64,000 nt of DNA from Leucoraja erinacea (taxonomy: Eukaryota). Positions within the stretch are counted from its first letter, which is position 1. The number at the start of each line of letters is the position of its first letter. The notes beneath the pieces are model-generated. The model searched no databases. It was not told where the DNA came from and was given only the letters and a program-made list of their open reading frames with translations. Of the stretch, positions 13,166 through 25,966 are shown one piece after another. Location: assembly GCF_028641065.1 (NCBI RefSeq), contig NC_073407.1:18476001-18540000 (forward strand). Direction: 5' to 3'. A program made the translations under genes and the position numbers.

Positions 13166-13364
13166 GGTATGCCTGTCACTAAATCTTCCAAAAGTCATAT
13201 TACAGTCTGCAAGATTCAGCACTGAATTAACCGTGTTTGGGGCCAAGAATAGAGAGTCGGAGAAAAATACATTCTAAATGTTATTACGTTTTTCTGGTAA
13301 TATGTCTTAATTTCAGTCTTAGATAACCAACCTTTCCAGTTTGTGTCAGACTGGTAAGTTACAT

Positions 13365-13880
13365 GGTGTCATTGAACCATACAGCAGGAAAACAGGCCTT
13401 TTGGCTTAACTTGTGGTCTCTCTGTGCTAGTCTAGCTTACCTGCGTTTTGTCCATATTCCTCAACATTTCCTATTCATGTACCCGTCCAAGTGTCCTATA
13501 AATGCTGTATAGTACTTGCCTGAACTACTTCCTCCGGCAGCTCAATCCATATTTCCACCACCATGAAAACGTTGCCCCTTGGTTTCCGATTAAATCTTAC
13601 CCCTCTCATCTTAACCTATGTCCTCTGGTTTTGATTCCCTTATCCTGGGTAAAAGACTGTACATTCATCCTATGGATTCTACTTATGATTTTATATACTT
13701 CTATAAGATCATCCATCAGCCTCCTGCACTTCAAAGAATAAAGACCTAGCCTGCCCAACGTCTCCTTATTGCTCAGTTCCACGAGTCCTGGCAATATCTT
13801 CGTAAATTTTCTCTGCACTCTTTCCAGCTTCATGACATGACATCCTTTCCATAGCAAGGTGACCAAACTGAACACAGTAC
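13365..13880 (-). mobile_element. CR1 3' fragment
   Basis: KLERVQRKFTK...LGLYSL...DLIEVYKI...TRGHRL in ORF 13606-13875. Confidence 0.9.
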
Positions 13881-13967
13881 ATGATGAAAGGTTATCAGTC
13901 TTAACCTGCTTGACCTACTGGATGTTTATAGCATCATCTTTTATTTCACATTTAGAGTAACTGCAGG

Positions 13968-14097
13968 TTCTGAGGAAAGGTTCTGACTCAAAACATCACC
14001 TGTCAATGTTCTTCAGAGATGCGGTCTGACGTGCTGAGTTACTCCAGCACTTTGTGCCCTTTTGGTAAACTGACATTTGCAGTTCCTTGCTTCTACA
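13968..14097 (+). mobile_element. Diverged PLE terminal repeat
   Basis: ctgaggaaaggttctgactcaaaacatcacc...gctgagttactccagcac. Confidence 0.7.
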
Positions 14098-15522
14098 AAG
14101 GTTTATACCTCACTGTTCCAGCATTTTTTCATCTATTTTCTTTTTCAGTTCACATCTTCTTGAGATAGATCCATTTCATTTAATAAATCTCTAAATTGGC
14201 ATTAGTTTTGTCATTTGGTTTCTCTTTGTCTGCATGCTCCCACAGATATTCCCTTTGTACTCTCCATCCCTCTACTTTAAAAAGTGTTTTGGTTCTACAT
14301 TTTATTTGCTCTGATAAAAGGTCATCAACCTGAAACATTACCTCTGTTACTTTCTGCATGTCAAAGTTTTGTTATCCAATTTCCTGCATCATGTGTTTTG
14401 ATTTCATTTTCCGATTTACTGATTTCAGATTCTAATTCAATGAATTATCAGGCTATAATAACGTAGAAAAGTCAACCCTCTCCAGGTTTAATGTTTTTTT
14501 CAAAGGTTTTATTGTTTACACAGGCTTTACAAAAACAAGAGTTTTTGACCAGATCTTGTGTTAAAGGTTCACTGATTAATTGTACCACATGGACTATTCC
14601 ATCACTTTTGTATGGAGTAATATTATGGTCCTAAAATAATAGGTTTGGAATTCATAGTGGAACTGTTTGTTTGCAAAAATATCAGCAACGTGTGAGGTTT
14701 TTGCGTAATTCTTCTGTGTCACACAGCCACTTTCTGCATTAGCTGAATAAATGGATGGCTTATTTGTCTGCCAGAATGACAAGACTTTGGCAACTATATT
14801 CACAAACCCACAGGAATCAATAGCATGCTGAAGACCAGCAATAGCACTATTTTAAATGAAATTACCTGGTTCAAAGTCTACACTGATTTCTGTAATGTAG
14901 ATTTTGATTTTGAATTGCAGTTCTATAATCCTCTTAAAGCTAGAACTCATCATTACATTTAATGTTGTTTAAGTTTAGAACAAATAATTCCCTTGTCAAA
15001 AATTCAACCATAAAAAAATAAGGAAATGCAGAATAATTAAACACCTACCACAGAAACATCTTCACAGAAAAACATGCAAGAAATCTGATATAAATACCAA
15101 AGAACCAAGGATCTGGGGAAAATAAGGAACTGAAGCAAGTATAAGTTAAAAAATCACTTGGGATGTTGGTGAGATTGAAAATCAATACATTTCAAGGACT
15201 AAAGATCTACACTCAAGAATTTTGATTTAAGATTGAGGAAGCTCAATTTATCACCTTCTAAAATTGTAACGATTTTGGTTGGTTTATGTAGATGAAAGGT
15301 AGCTAATATGACCCCACTTTTAAAGAAAGGAAGGAGTGAAAACTGTCTTGTCTTGTATCCACATTGCTTGTCAGACTTTGTCCCACTTCCACCTCTATTC
15401 TAACATTCTCTTCCCCCCCCCCCGCTCCCCCCACTCAACCACTACAGTCTCAAGAAGGGTCTAACTCAAAATATTTCTCATCCATGTTCTCCAAATATAC
15501 TGCCTGACCTGCTGAGTTATTT

Positions 15523-15648
15523 GTTTAAGAAGGAACTGCAGATGCTGGAAAATCGAAGGTAGACATACTCCATACAAATGCTGGAGAAACTCAGCGGGTG
15601 CAGCAGCATCTATGGAGCAAAGGAAATAGGCAACGTTTTGGTCTGAAA
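15523..15648 (-). mobile_element. Mini-PLE inserted antisense into an older PLE terminal repeat (about 15380-15708)
   Basis: 14-bp TSD ctgctgagttattt at 15509-15522 and 15649-15662. Confidence 0.85.
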
Positions 15649-15719
15649 CTGCTGAGTTATTTCACCAGTTTGTTTTGTAAACTGTCATCTGCAGTTCCTT
15701 GTTGTACATGGAATAGAAT

Positions 15720-16535
15720 GATAGGAATGAACAACCTGCGTGGATTCATGAAAGGAAATCTGTATTTGATTAATTTACTAAAGTTCATTTGAGGATGCGA
15801 GGAGTAGAATAGATAAGGGGGAAACCAATGAGTGTGGTATATCTGCATCTTGAAAAGTCCCACTCAGTTCAAAGCCAATAGTATTTTTGCCTTTGAGTAC
15901 AAGAGCAAAGATGTCTCAATGCAATTATTTAGGACCTTGGCGAGATCACACTTGGAGTGTTGTGTATGAATTTGGTCATCACTACAAAATATATGTACTT
16001 CGAATGATGATTTATGAAATTTGTTCAAGATGTGGGTTTGCTGTATGCACTGTATACTAAAAATACAAATCAAAAAATAAAACTGCAGATGTGAGAAATC
16101 TGAAATAAAAACAAGAAATGAGGCCCCTGCTAAGTATTTCCAGCATTTTCTATTTATTTTATTGTCTAGAATGCAAAAAATGAGAAGAGATTTCATTGGA
16201 ATTTCTACCACTTTTACTGGCCTTACGCAAGGGAGGATGTTTCCATAGCCTTGAATTAGTGGCACAGTTTCAGAATAATGGGGAGGCAATTTAACATTGA
16301 GATGAGGAGAAATATTTTCCTGCAGAGCATGATGAATCTTTGGAATTTGCTATCCTGGAGGGCTGTGGAGGTTCAGTGATTTAGTTAATTCAAAGCAGGT
16401 TGACAGATTTCTGGATATTAAGAAAATCAAGAGATTTGTGAATATTATGGGAAAAAAACATTGAGTGGAATGCCAGCCATGATCTTGAATGGAAGGCTCA
16501 AAGGACTAAATGGCCTCGTATTTCTTACAATCTTA
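15720..16535 (+). mobile_element. Old CR1 fragments
   Basis: ggattcatgaaaggaaatc, cacttggagtgttgtg and a CR1-like 3' end; many internal deletions. Confidence 0.7.
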
Positions 16536-18379
16536 TATGGTTAGGTTATTAACCATTTAATCCAGGTTAATAAATTAAACCAGGTTAATTAAATTAAAGT
16601 ATATCACAACATACAGAGACATTATCTGTTTATTTCCTTACAGTTTGCGTACTGTGATCTGTCTGCCCAAATGCCTTAATTAATGCACCATCAGGGGCTA
16701 CAGAATGGATGGTGATGGGGTACTTTTTCAAGTGGAATAGACTGGTGATTATGAAATCGAATGATGGATTTTGTCACCTATATCATTTCCTTAATGTTAT
16801 GCTTGTTGCCTTTCCAATGTGACGGACGAAATTGCAGTACAGGGTAATATTTTCTAGCATCCACTGTATTTAATTTCCATGACACATTCTTCTATTTCTT
16901 ACTCTGTCATATATAGTTATGAACTTATGGGACCACTGAATGGTCTCCCATAAGTTATAGGTAAAGTCCCAATCTTCTAACCTACATCATTGCAGCTCTT
17001 GGAAATTTTGCTTATCTGCTCCTTTTCCGTAGCTGTGCGTGTAGATTCAGCTCTCGTGTATTTCCCATTTTCCACAACCTGTTGTACTTGTGTATGGCTT
17101 GATGGTACTCATGTATGGTATGATGTTATATTTGATACTGTCCTGTGGTGCTGCTGGCAAAATTTCACCATGGTATGGCACAGTTTGTTTCTTAGCAGAA
17201 ACTAAGAATTTAATTGTTCTGTTTCAATATATATGACAATGATAAACCAATGCCAATCATCTTGCAGGCAGTATGCAAAATGAGGAAGAATCTAATGTAA
17301 TGGATCTCTGTTTGCATTTCTGAACATGTGGATTGCAAAATGCATGTTAGTAAATTAGCAGGGATCATAGTTGGAAGATAACTTTTGCCTTTATGATATG
17401 GTTAAAATCTAACATAAGAAAATTTTGAGTGTCACAAAATATTTATCATGATTTATAGCATTTATTAAATAGATTGCCTACTACATCATGTCTAAATGCA
17501 ACCCCCCCCCCAAAAAACCCCCAGATTATTCACAATAGTATATTAATGCGAAAAAAACTAATGATTCTAAAGGATTTTCATGATTTTGTCTGAAATATTT
17601 CAATGTTAGCTCAAGTGTTTAATTTTGAATACATGTGTGCAGGCATAGTGAATAAAATGAAACTGCACTGTAAATGCTTGTATTTTCAAAAATTCCATGG
17701 AAGTGTCAACAACCTCAAAAGATATGGTGCCAATGTTTGTCAGGATGTGAAGATTAAAGACTGTAGTTAATATCTGAGGACCCATTCATTTTATTTGAGA
17801 CCACTGAGGATACGAGAACCCTCTTTACTGTTCCAATATGTCCACAAGTTGCTGCCAGCCACTCATAAAGTATTGCCATTGTTTACAGAAATTATTCTTG
17901 CTGCCATTTCAGTGATTTTGCTGGCTATCTCCCTTAAAACTGCCACAGTGTTAAATCTACCCATTTGCCTTATCATTTGCTGGAGTATTTAAGTTCTATC
18001 AATGTGGAATCTAAAGCACAGTACAGATTGTTAAATGTAGATGATTCTCTACCCTGTACGACTGTGGATAGATTCAGGTTAGCTTTTAAAGTTAAAGTTA
18101 AACTAAACTTCAGCAAAGGATATTAGGGTATCTTGTCCATAATGAGGGAAGCGTGTTCTCTTACTTAATTTGCCTTTTCTTCCAAATTCTATAGAAGACC
18201 ACTTGAGCAGTGGCGTGTGCAATGTTTTGCAGTCCCTTGAGAGCTAGAGATCTGCCATAATAGCAGTGCAACCAAGTGCTTGTGGCTGTTTGATTTACCT
18301 TCTGAGTTTTTTTGTAGATATGGGCCTCTACAGGTAAGGAAATTATTACTTCAGTATTGTCGTCCTTTGATTATCCTAG

Positions 18380-18511
18380 GAAATAGGCAACGTTTCGGGC
18401 CGAAACGTTGCCTAATTTCCTTCGCTCCATAGATGCTGCTGCACCCGCTGAGTTTCTCCAGCTTTTTTGTGTAACCTTCGATTCTCCAGCATCTGCAGTT
18501 CCTTCTTAAAC
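18380..18511 (+). mobile_element. Mini-PLE with a fold-back (inverted) 5' end
   Basis: 16-bp TSD cctttgattatcctag at 18364-18379 and 18512-18527; 20-bp-arm palindrome at 18379-18420. Confidence 0.9.
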
Positions 18512-18529
18512 CCTTTGATTATCCTAGTG

Positions 18530-18845
18530 TGCAGAATCATTTTCCTTGGGTAGGGGTATCAAGAACTAGAGGGCATACATTTAAATTGCGAGGAGAAAAA
18601 TTCAATAGGAATCCAAGGGGCAACTTCTTCACACTGAGGGTGATGGGTATATGGAATGAGCAGCCAGACAAAGTGGTTGAGGCAGATACAATAACAACAT
18701 TTAAAAGACATTTCCAGATGTATGGATAGGAAACGTTTAGAGGGATATGGGGCAGGCTTGAGCAAATGGAGCTAGCTGAGATGGGGCATCTTGGTCATTA
18801 TGCACTGGTTGGGCTGAACAGCCTGTTTTGGTGCTGTATGACTGC
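18530..18845 (+). mobile_element. CR1 3' end
   Basis: SRTRGHTFKL...FFTLRV..IWN in ORF 18529-18729. Confidence 0.85.
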
Positions 18846-20094
18846 CATCACAAATTATTTTCAGTTCTGAAATAAAGAGCTACTTTAGCACGATCACTCA
18901 CACTGGTAGCACACTCGCATTTTGTTTGCGCCTTCTCCAGTGTCTCTAGTTCCTTGTAATGGTATGGAAATTGGAACTATTCAAAGCACTGTCATGAGTG
19001 ATCTGCCCAAAGTTATACTTTAATGGAGTCTGAAGACAAGAATATGGTGAACCACTGGTTTACAAATGTTTGTAATAAACTCCTGAAGCCTCAGGTTTGG
19101 GGTGTGCCTTGTTACCATTAGAACTGTTGATATTAAGTACAATTATTCCTTCATTTTGCCAAGGGTGTGCCATTACTTAGTTTAAAAGATCCATTCACTT
19201 TCGCTGAGACCACCATGCATAGGAGCACCCTCTCTACTGCTTCCAATTTATCCACAAGGATGCTGCCAGTTGAATCTGTTGCCAGTCTCTCATAAAGTGC
19301 AATCATTGTTCAAGGAAATTATTATTGCTGTCAGCTTCAGTGAACTTTTGTTGGCTGCTTCCCTCAAAGTTGCCCACACTACACTATTAGATCTTGCAAT
19401 TTGTCTATTCATTTAGTGGAAGGCTAAAATTTATAAAAGACCACCGGTAAGCTGTGTCAAGACTAGTGCAGTATCTTATGTTTTGTACTCAATGCCACCT
19501 GGAAGATTTAGTGAATATACCACTGTTATTTTTGGAATCAGAAATATGTTTTTAGATAGGACCTCAATCAGTAATAGAATCTCAAGTAGGAGCAATAGCA
19601 TTATTGAGACGTTGAGTGGGAGAGAAAATAGGACAACAAGCAGGAAATGATGTGAAGTGGAAATGAGGTTTGAAGGGGAAATAGAAGCTTGAGCTCCAGG
19701 ATAAAAATGAAGGAGATCTTTGTTGTGAAGCATTATATGTTATGTGGTACACTAAGGCATGCCATTTTACTGTTTATATTAAAAAAGGATACCTGGCTAC
19801 ATATTTCCTTTATTGCCCAATGCCACTGGTATTGCACAAGATGTTGGTGCAAAGCTGTAACCTCTACAGTCCAAAGCCAAAGGTGTGATACTTTAACGTG
19901 TTAATCCTGAGCTGATGCCTCCTGCTTCATGCCCTTCATCTATGAAAGAATTGCAATACATTTTGAATTCAAATGTAATTTGAACTATCATTAATTTTAA
20001 TTTTAATAATTTCTATAAAACAAAGTTTTGCAAGATGGATTGTCTCTGCAACCATTTGGGTTGCCAGTTTTTTCTTTGAGTGGGTAAGCAACAC

Positions 20095-20307
20095 ACCGAC
20101 CAACATGTCCCATCTACACTAGTCCTAATTACCTGCATTTGGCCCATATCCCTCTAAACCTGTCCTATCCATGTACCTGTTTAATTGCTTCTTAAACGTT
20201 GCGATAGTCCCTGCTTCAATTACCTCCATCTTGTAACCTGGTGCCAAGACAACAACCTTTTCCTCAACGTTAGCAAGACAAAGAAGATTGTGATCGATTT
20301 CAGGAGG
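20095..20307. mobile_element. CR1 3' end (minus) fused to a Rex1 RT fragment (plus)
   Basis: 20095-20227 is CR1 tail; 20228-20307 encodes WCQDNNLFLNVSKTKKIVIDFRR. Confidence 0.75.
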
Positions 20308-23300
20308 TGAAGAGGTGAAGAGGTTATACCCCGGCATAAATCATACAGAAAGGTGGGGTTAGTGATGCTATTTCTACAATGATTGGTTCACATGCAATAA
20401 CCAATCTACAATAAGGAATGCAGCTAAATTTAGTCTGGGGTATGTATTCACTGCTCTGTGAATAGAATCATTCAATACTATTTGTAAAATTAAACTATGC
20501 TGATTGCTAGAGTCATCTTGTTCTCATATCACTGGTAAAACATTTCAGTTTTTCACAGGAGGTAGAATCTGGGAAATGTTATATCTTAACTCAGTTATGA
20601 ATGACTGACAATGAATATGCAGCTCCAGATAAAGAATTGATGTGCATTACCGGCAATCCTATTTTGTTGCTTAGTTAAGACATTAATAATAATAGGGGCA
20701 ACATGAGATTAATCTCTGTTTGCAGACTCTGTACATCAGCTCGACATGAACATTGAATCAATGAGCGTAATGGGTTACCCATCGTAAAAATAACCTTAAC
20801 TAGTTCTGTTGCATAATATTCCTAAACTAATCTATATTAAAACAGACTATTTAATTGAACAACGATCTCTAATTTCAGAATAGGCAGTAATCAAATCACC
20901 AAGAAGAGCCAAAAAACAGATCAATGAACATAAGGTCTTTGGAAAAGTAATTCCATTCCATTTTTCAGATCCCCGGTTTAATTAAGTAAGTTTGCAAGAG
21001 ACAGAATCAGTTTTAAAAGTATACCTTTTAATATATTTTGGCTTGAATATTGGAGTCCGTGGCATAACTGCAGCACAATATCTGTGGTGTGAAATTCCAT
21101 TTTCTCCATTGTTTGTTGGTCTATATTGTCAGCTGAAGGGAGTTCTTAGTACCATTAAGTCATCAAGTTGGCTGAGCACCAGTCATATTTAAGAATTCTC
21201 ACAGTTAGCAAAGCAGGACAATTAATAAAGACTGTATAAATATGATTATCGTAGAAAATGAATCATAACATGTACAATCCTTTCAACAGATTTTGTTTTA
21301 GACCATTATGTTTTGAAATATTGAGGTGAAGGAATTACAATCCAAGTTGGAGTATTTGAAGAATGTTAATAGTGGCACTAAAATCATTACAACTTCACGT
21401 ATCAATCCAATATTTTCAGCTTATTTCTCATATTCATGCTAGTTCTGGTTTCCTTTTATTTTGTTCGAGAAGGCTGCACAGCCTGTGTAGGAAGGTAGAA
21501 ACACCATTGTCAGATTTGGTATGAATCCACACGAATGTGGAATCCCAAGGTTATTTCCTTTCATGATGGTGAATATCACTTTTTTCATCTTCATTACAAC
21601 AAAACTTAAACAATGTAATTCTTTCTATTAATCATATATTTAAAACATTCTTAAAATTTGCCAGAGTCGTTGGTTTAATCTGCAACAGTTGTGCATTCTG
21701 CAGGATTGTTCTATAGGTGTGGGTGGGATTTAGAAAAAGGAAGCTGGAATCCAAACGTTTTAACACTTTTGTCTTTCATCCATGACAGATTCCATGATCA
21801 AAAGTGAACATCGTTATCCTTGAAGATTACCAGACCAGCGGGAATGATCCTGGAGCAGGTAGGACAAGATCGATAACATTTAGAAACTGACTTATTGGGG
21901 ACAAAGGTCAACTGTTCTCCAATCCTGAAGGATAAGAATCTCCATTTTAGGGACTGGTTGGTGTCTCATCTTTTGTTGTAGGGATGATGGTCTGATTACA
22001 AACCCGAGGAAAATTGGATGTCAGACCTTGGAATAGAGCTTATGTGACGTTGGGAAGCTTGGGGAGGTTGCATGGAAGTTTATTGGGAGTGCAGTAAATC
22101 TATCTGTTTTTGAGGCAAATATATCTATGAAACAAGTTGAAGGTTACATTACCATTTCATTCTATGTAATTAAAACCCTCTTGAGACATGACTGCCAATC
22201 CTTGTCAACCATCTAAAGCCTAAAAGCAGATTGGTTGAAATGGAAGCTGGGGAAAATTTAAGATTTTTCAAAAAAAAAATCTTTAATGTTCTAATTTAAT
22301 CCCAACCTATCAACTTTCAGGTTGATTTCCAGTAAAGTCCTTCTCATTGATTTGATTGTATGTCAGATTCCTTAATCATTAAAATTGGCTTCATAATTTT
22401 TAACTTTTTTTACATCATTCCACATCTTCCTATGTTTGGGTAAAATCAATTTAAAATGTTCAAATATTTATTTGTATTTTCCTTACATCAAATGGTAATG
22501 TGCTGGCTGTCGTCCATCAACTCAACAAATTTCTTAGGCATGAAGAACTAAACTGCATTCTGTACTGCCAACGTGGGTCTAGTTAAGATTTTATTTAGTT
22601 TCGTCATTGCATTTCAACTTTCATTTCTGCATTGAGATACTAGTTTTAATTTATTATAAACCCAAAAATACTGCAATCTTTTTATAATGTGCAACATTGT
22701 ACGTTCAAAAATTAAATACTCTCATTGCTTTATATCAAAGCATGTATTGGCATTTCTCAGTGAAGTCAATCCTACAAGCCATCGCAAGTCACTGCCAAAA
22801 TAAAACAGAAAATGCTGGTCATGTAGCATCTGTGGCGAGTGAAACAGAGTTTATGACCTTTCATCATAACCGGGCAGAATTAGAGGTAAAACAAGGTTAA
22901 TAGTTCAGAGAGACGAAGGACTATTCAAAATTGAAAACCTGCTAGGTAGTGGAGGGGAAGAGTCATTCAGTATGGAAACAGGCCCTTTGGCTCAACTTGC
23001 CCATGCAAACCAAGATGCTCCATCTAATCTAGTCCCATTTGCCCGTGTTTGGCCCATATTCCTCTTTGATGAAAAAGATGATGAACCCAGGTGAAAGAGG
23101 CTAGTAAAGGTATTAGCGAATAGCGCAGGAAGACATGGGAATGGGACATAGGGGGGACCTGTAATTTCAAATGTTATTAATCTTTTCCCATTTAAATTGA
23201 CTGGAACTACTTCTAATTAGTAATTGCCAAATTCAACCTCTCTGCTTCCTTCTAACAAAATGTTAATCCAACCTTTCCCCCTCCTCTTTATTTTAAATTC

Positions 23301-24024
23301 CTTCAACCTCCTAAGTAATTTATTGTACAGTACAATGTAAATCCTGACGGCCTGGAAACCCAGACTCTGCTTGAGCATTTTCCTGTGCAATTGTAATATT
23401 GAAATGACTGATAAAACAAAATGTGTTCTATAGGTTATAAAGCCGATGATTTTTCCACGTTAGTTATAGGAAATTATATATCTTTATAAAATATTGTAGC
23501 AAATTCTCAGCTTTCTACACCATTATTTCTTTATTAATAACACATAACTTTTGTGTGTCATTTCAATGTCTTCTTGGCATCCCTTCAATCTAACTGAACA
23601 TTAAAAGTTAACAAATTCCCTTAATAAAAATACTGCCTCCATTCCTGGATTCCCTCATTGCAATTCTGGCAGATAACCTTGTCAAGGGAGGCAAAAAATC
23701 AAGCCAGCATTTCTACTCTTACTCTACATGAAATTTCATTACACCAGTACACACATGATGGCTAATGATGCAGAGTTTGTCTTAGAGAAAACGTTGAATA
23801 TTGAGAGGATTGCTGTTGTATAATTGCACGTGGCACTCAAGAATTTAGAATTGTTTATTTTACTCTTTTGGATAGCACTAGAAATATTGGTATTTGTAAA
23901 TTGATTAAATGTGCACTAAAGGAATAGCTTCATCATCAAGAAAAATATATAAGATGCTCACAGTCCAGGTTTGTGCTTTATAATGAATAAAGTGCTTTTA
24001 ACTACAAATATAAATGTGGTTTGG

Positions 24025-25966
24025 TTCTGGAGCGTTAATATGGGAGTTGTGGGCTGAATGGACTGGTTTCCAGAGGGCTGGTATGGACATTGTGGGCCGA
24101 ATGGATTCTTGGGCTGGCAGCTCAGTCACTCAAGCCTGCTGTGCTGGCAGCTCACACACTCACAGCTGGTGGGCTGGCAGTTGACTCATGGCTATTCCTT
24201 GAAATTCCATTTCAAGTGGGTGCAAGGCCACCAAATTCAAGTGCAGTTTCTTACCACTTCAAGTAGCAATGTTACAACATTTTGAGATTTAAAAAATCAA
24301 GTCTGCAATTTATCCCATCAGATAAAGCATAACAATAAGTTTAATTTGACACCTAATTCACTTTCATATCTCAAGTAATAAAAAAGATATGGCCATTTTC
24401 ATACTCAGAAATTAGCATCTTGTTCCCTATTGATTTTCTATGGACATAACAAAAAAGCTGTGATCGAGGACCGTCAAAAGCCCATAACCTTCTTAAAAAT
24501 TAAGAGAACTGAATGAAATTTTCAGTTATCATAGATTGAACCATTCTGAAACAAATATAAAGTAATCTTACTTGGAGGACCTGAAATTAAAGCATATAAT
24601 TAGTCAGTTACCCAATTGTAGCTAATTTCAAACTTCAATTACTAGATCTAAACATCTATCCATTTCTTAATAAATGATTAACATTTTTAAATAGCCTAAG
24701 TGTCCAAATAATATTCACAAATAATTCACAATAAAACATGATTTTTAAATCTCATTTACATCAATTTATAGGCCAAATGGAAGGAATTTAGTGTTCAATT
24801 GCTGTAAATTAAAGTAAATTAAAATCGGCTTTCTAGTGGGTTCCTGTGAACGCGCTGGTTTAGAACGTTCACATTGCGCTGGATTTGTGCCCTCAAATGC
24901 CCAGAAAAATACTGCGGGATATAAAGAGCCCAAAATGAACTATTCGCTATAGAAAACTTTATATACAGGGTTCTTAAGAAGCCCCTTTTAATGTAAAAAT
25001 AAGGTACATACCTTTAATTGTTTGCTTTATAAAACCCTGGGGCTGCGAGAGGTCGCGGGTTGAGTGATTTTTAAACTACTATAACTATTATACAAGGCCT
25101 TAAAAACTAATAATACCTTTTGCGACGGGGTCTTTCAGCGATTTTCCGTTAATGATTTACTAGGCTGAACATTTTCGATTGCAACAGCCTAGTAAAAACC
25201 GCGTTTTAAACCCGCCCCCTCTAAACAGCGCCAAAATCGTGCACACGGGGCTGGGACAGATTCTCAATGACGATTCAGGTAGGTTTTGTAACATACCTAC
25301 TTCAAGCAGGATGCAAGGCCACTAAATTCAAGTGCAGTTTCATACTATTTCAAGCAGGGTGCAAGGCCACTAAAGACAGCGAGTCGTGACCTCTCCCTCC
25401 TCCATCTTGCAGAGACTGAGCCACGCCCTCACTTCTGGGTTTTATAGCCCCTCCCCCTCTCACCAGAAGGGGCGTGGCCTTCATAGCATGATTGACAGGC
25501 GAGAGAACCTCAACATTTTTTAAACACTAATAACTCTTTTATTTTTCATCGATGGAAAAAATCCTCGTCACCTGATGAGTGGAAGAGGACTCTGAGAAAG
25601 ATGACAGGTCAGTAAAGCCACTCACAGTTTAGTGGACATGTGTTCAGTGTTATTCACAGCTCAGAGAGACGTGACCCACTCGCTCCCCCATCTTGCAGAG
25701 ACTGACTGAGGCACTCAACATTTCCGGGTTTTATAGTCCCTCCGGAAGGGGCGTGGCCTTCAGGAGAGAGAATCTCAACATTTTTTAAACACTAATAACT
25801 CTTTTATTTTACATCGATGGGAAAAATCCTCTTGTCCTGCGCAGCGGAAGGGGACTCTGAGTAAGATGGCCAAAAATCACAGCCGTAAGTGGCAGCGTTT
25901 TTTCTAAAATCAATATACAGAACAACAGGTAGTGGTCAAGATCAGACTTTTAGTAATATAGATAGA
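24025..25966 (-). mobile_element. Non-autonomous Helitron (5' end present), interrupted by a TIR element
   Basis: Terminal ggtcaagatcagacttttagtaatatagatagat is near-identical to 3811-3845; 24040-24120 is homologous to 10930-11008; internal ~290-bp duplication (about 25380-25600 vs 25665-25870). Confidence 0.8.
24264..25299. mobile_element. Non-autonomous TIR DNA transposon (1036 bp, TAG...CTA ends)
   Basis: TIRs tagcaatgttacaaca and (reverse complement) taggtatgttacaaaa, 13 of 16 match; duplicated target cttcaag at 24257-24263 and 25300-25306. Confidence 0.8.
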
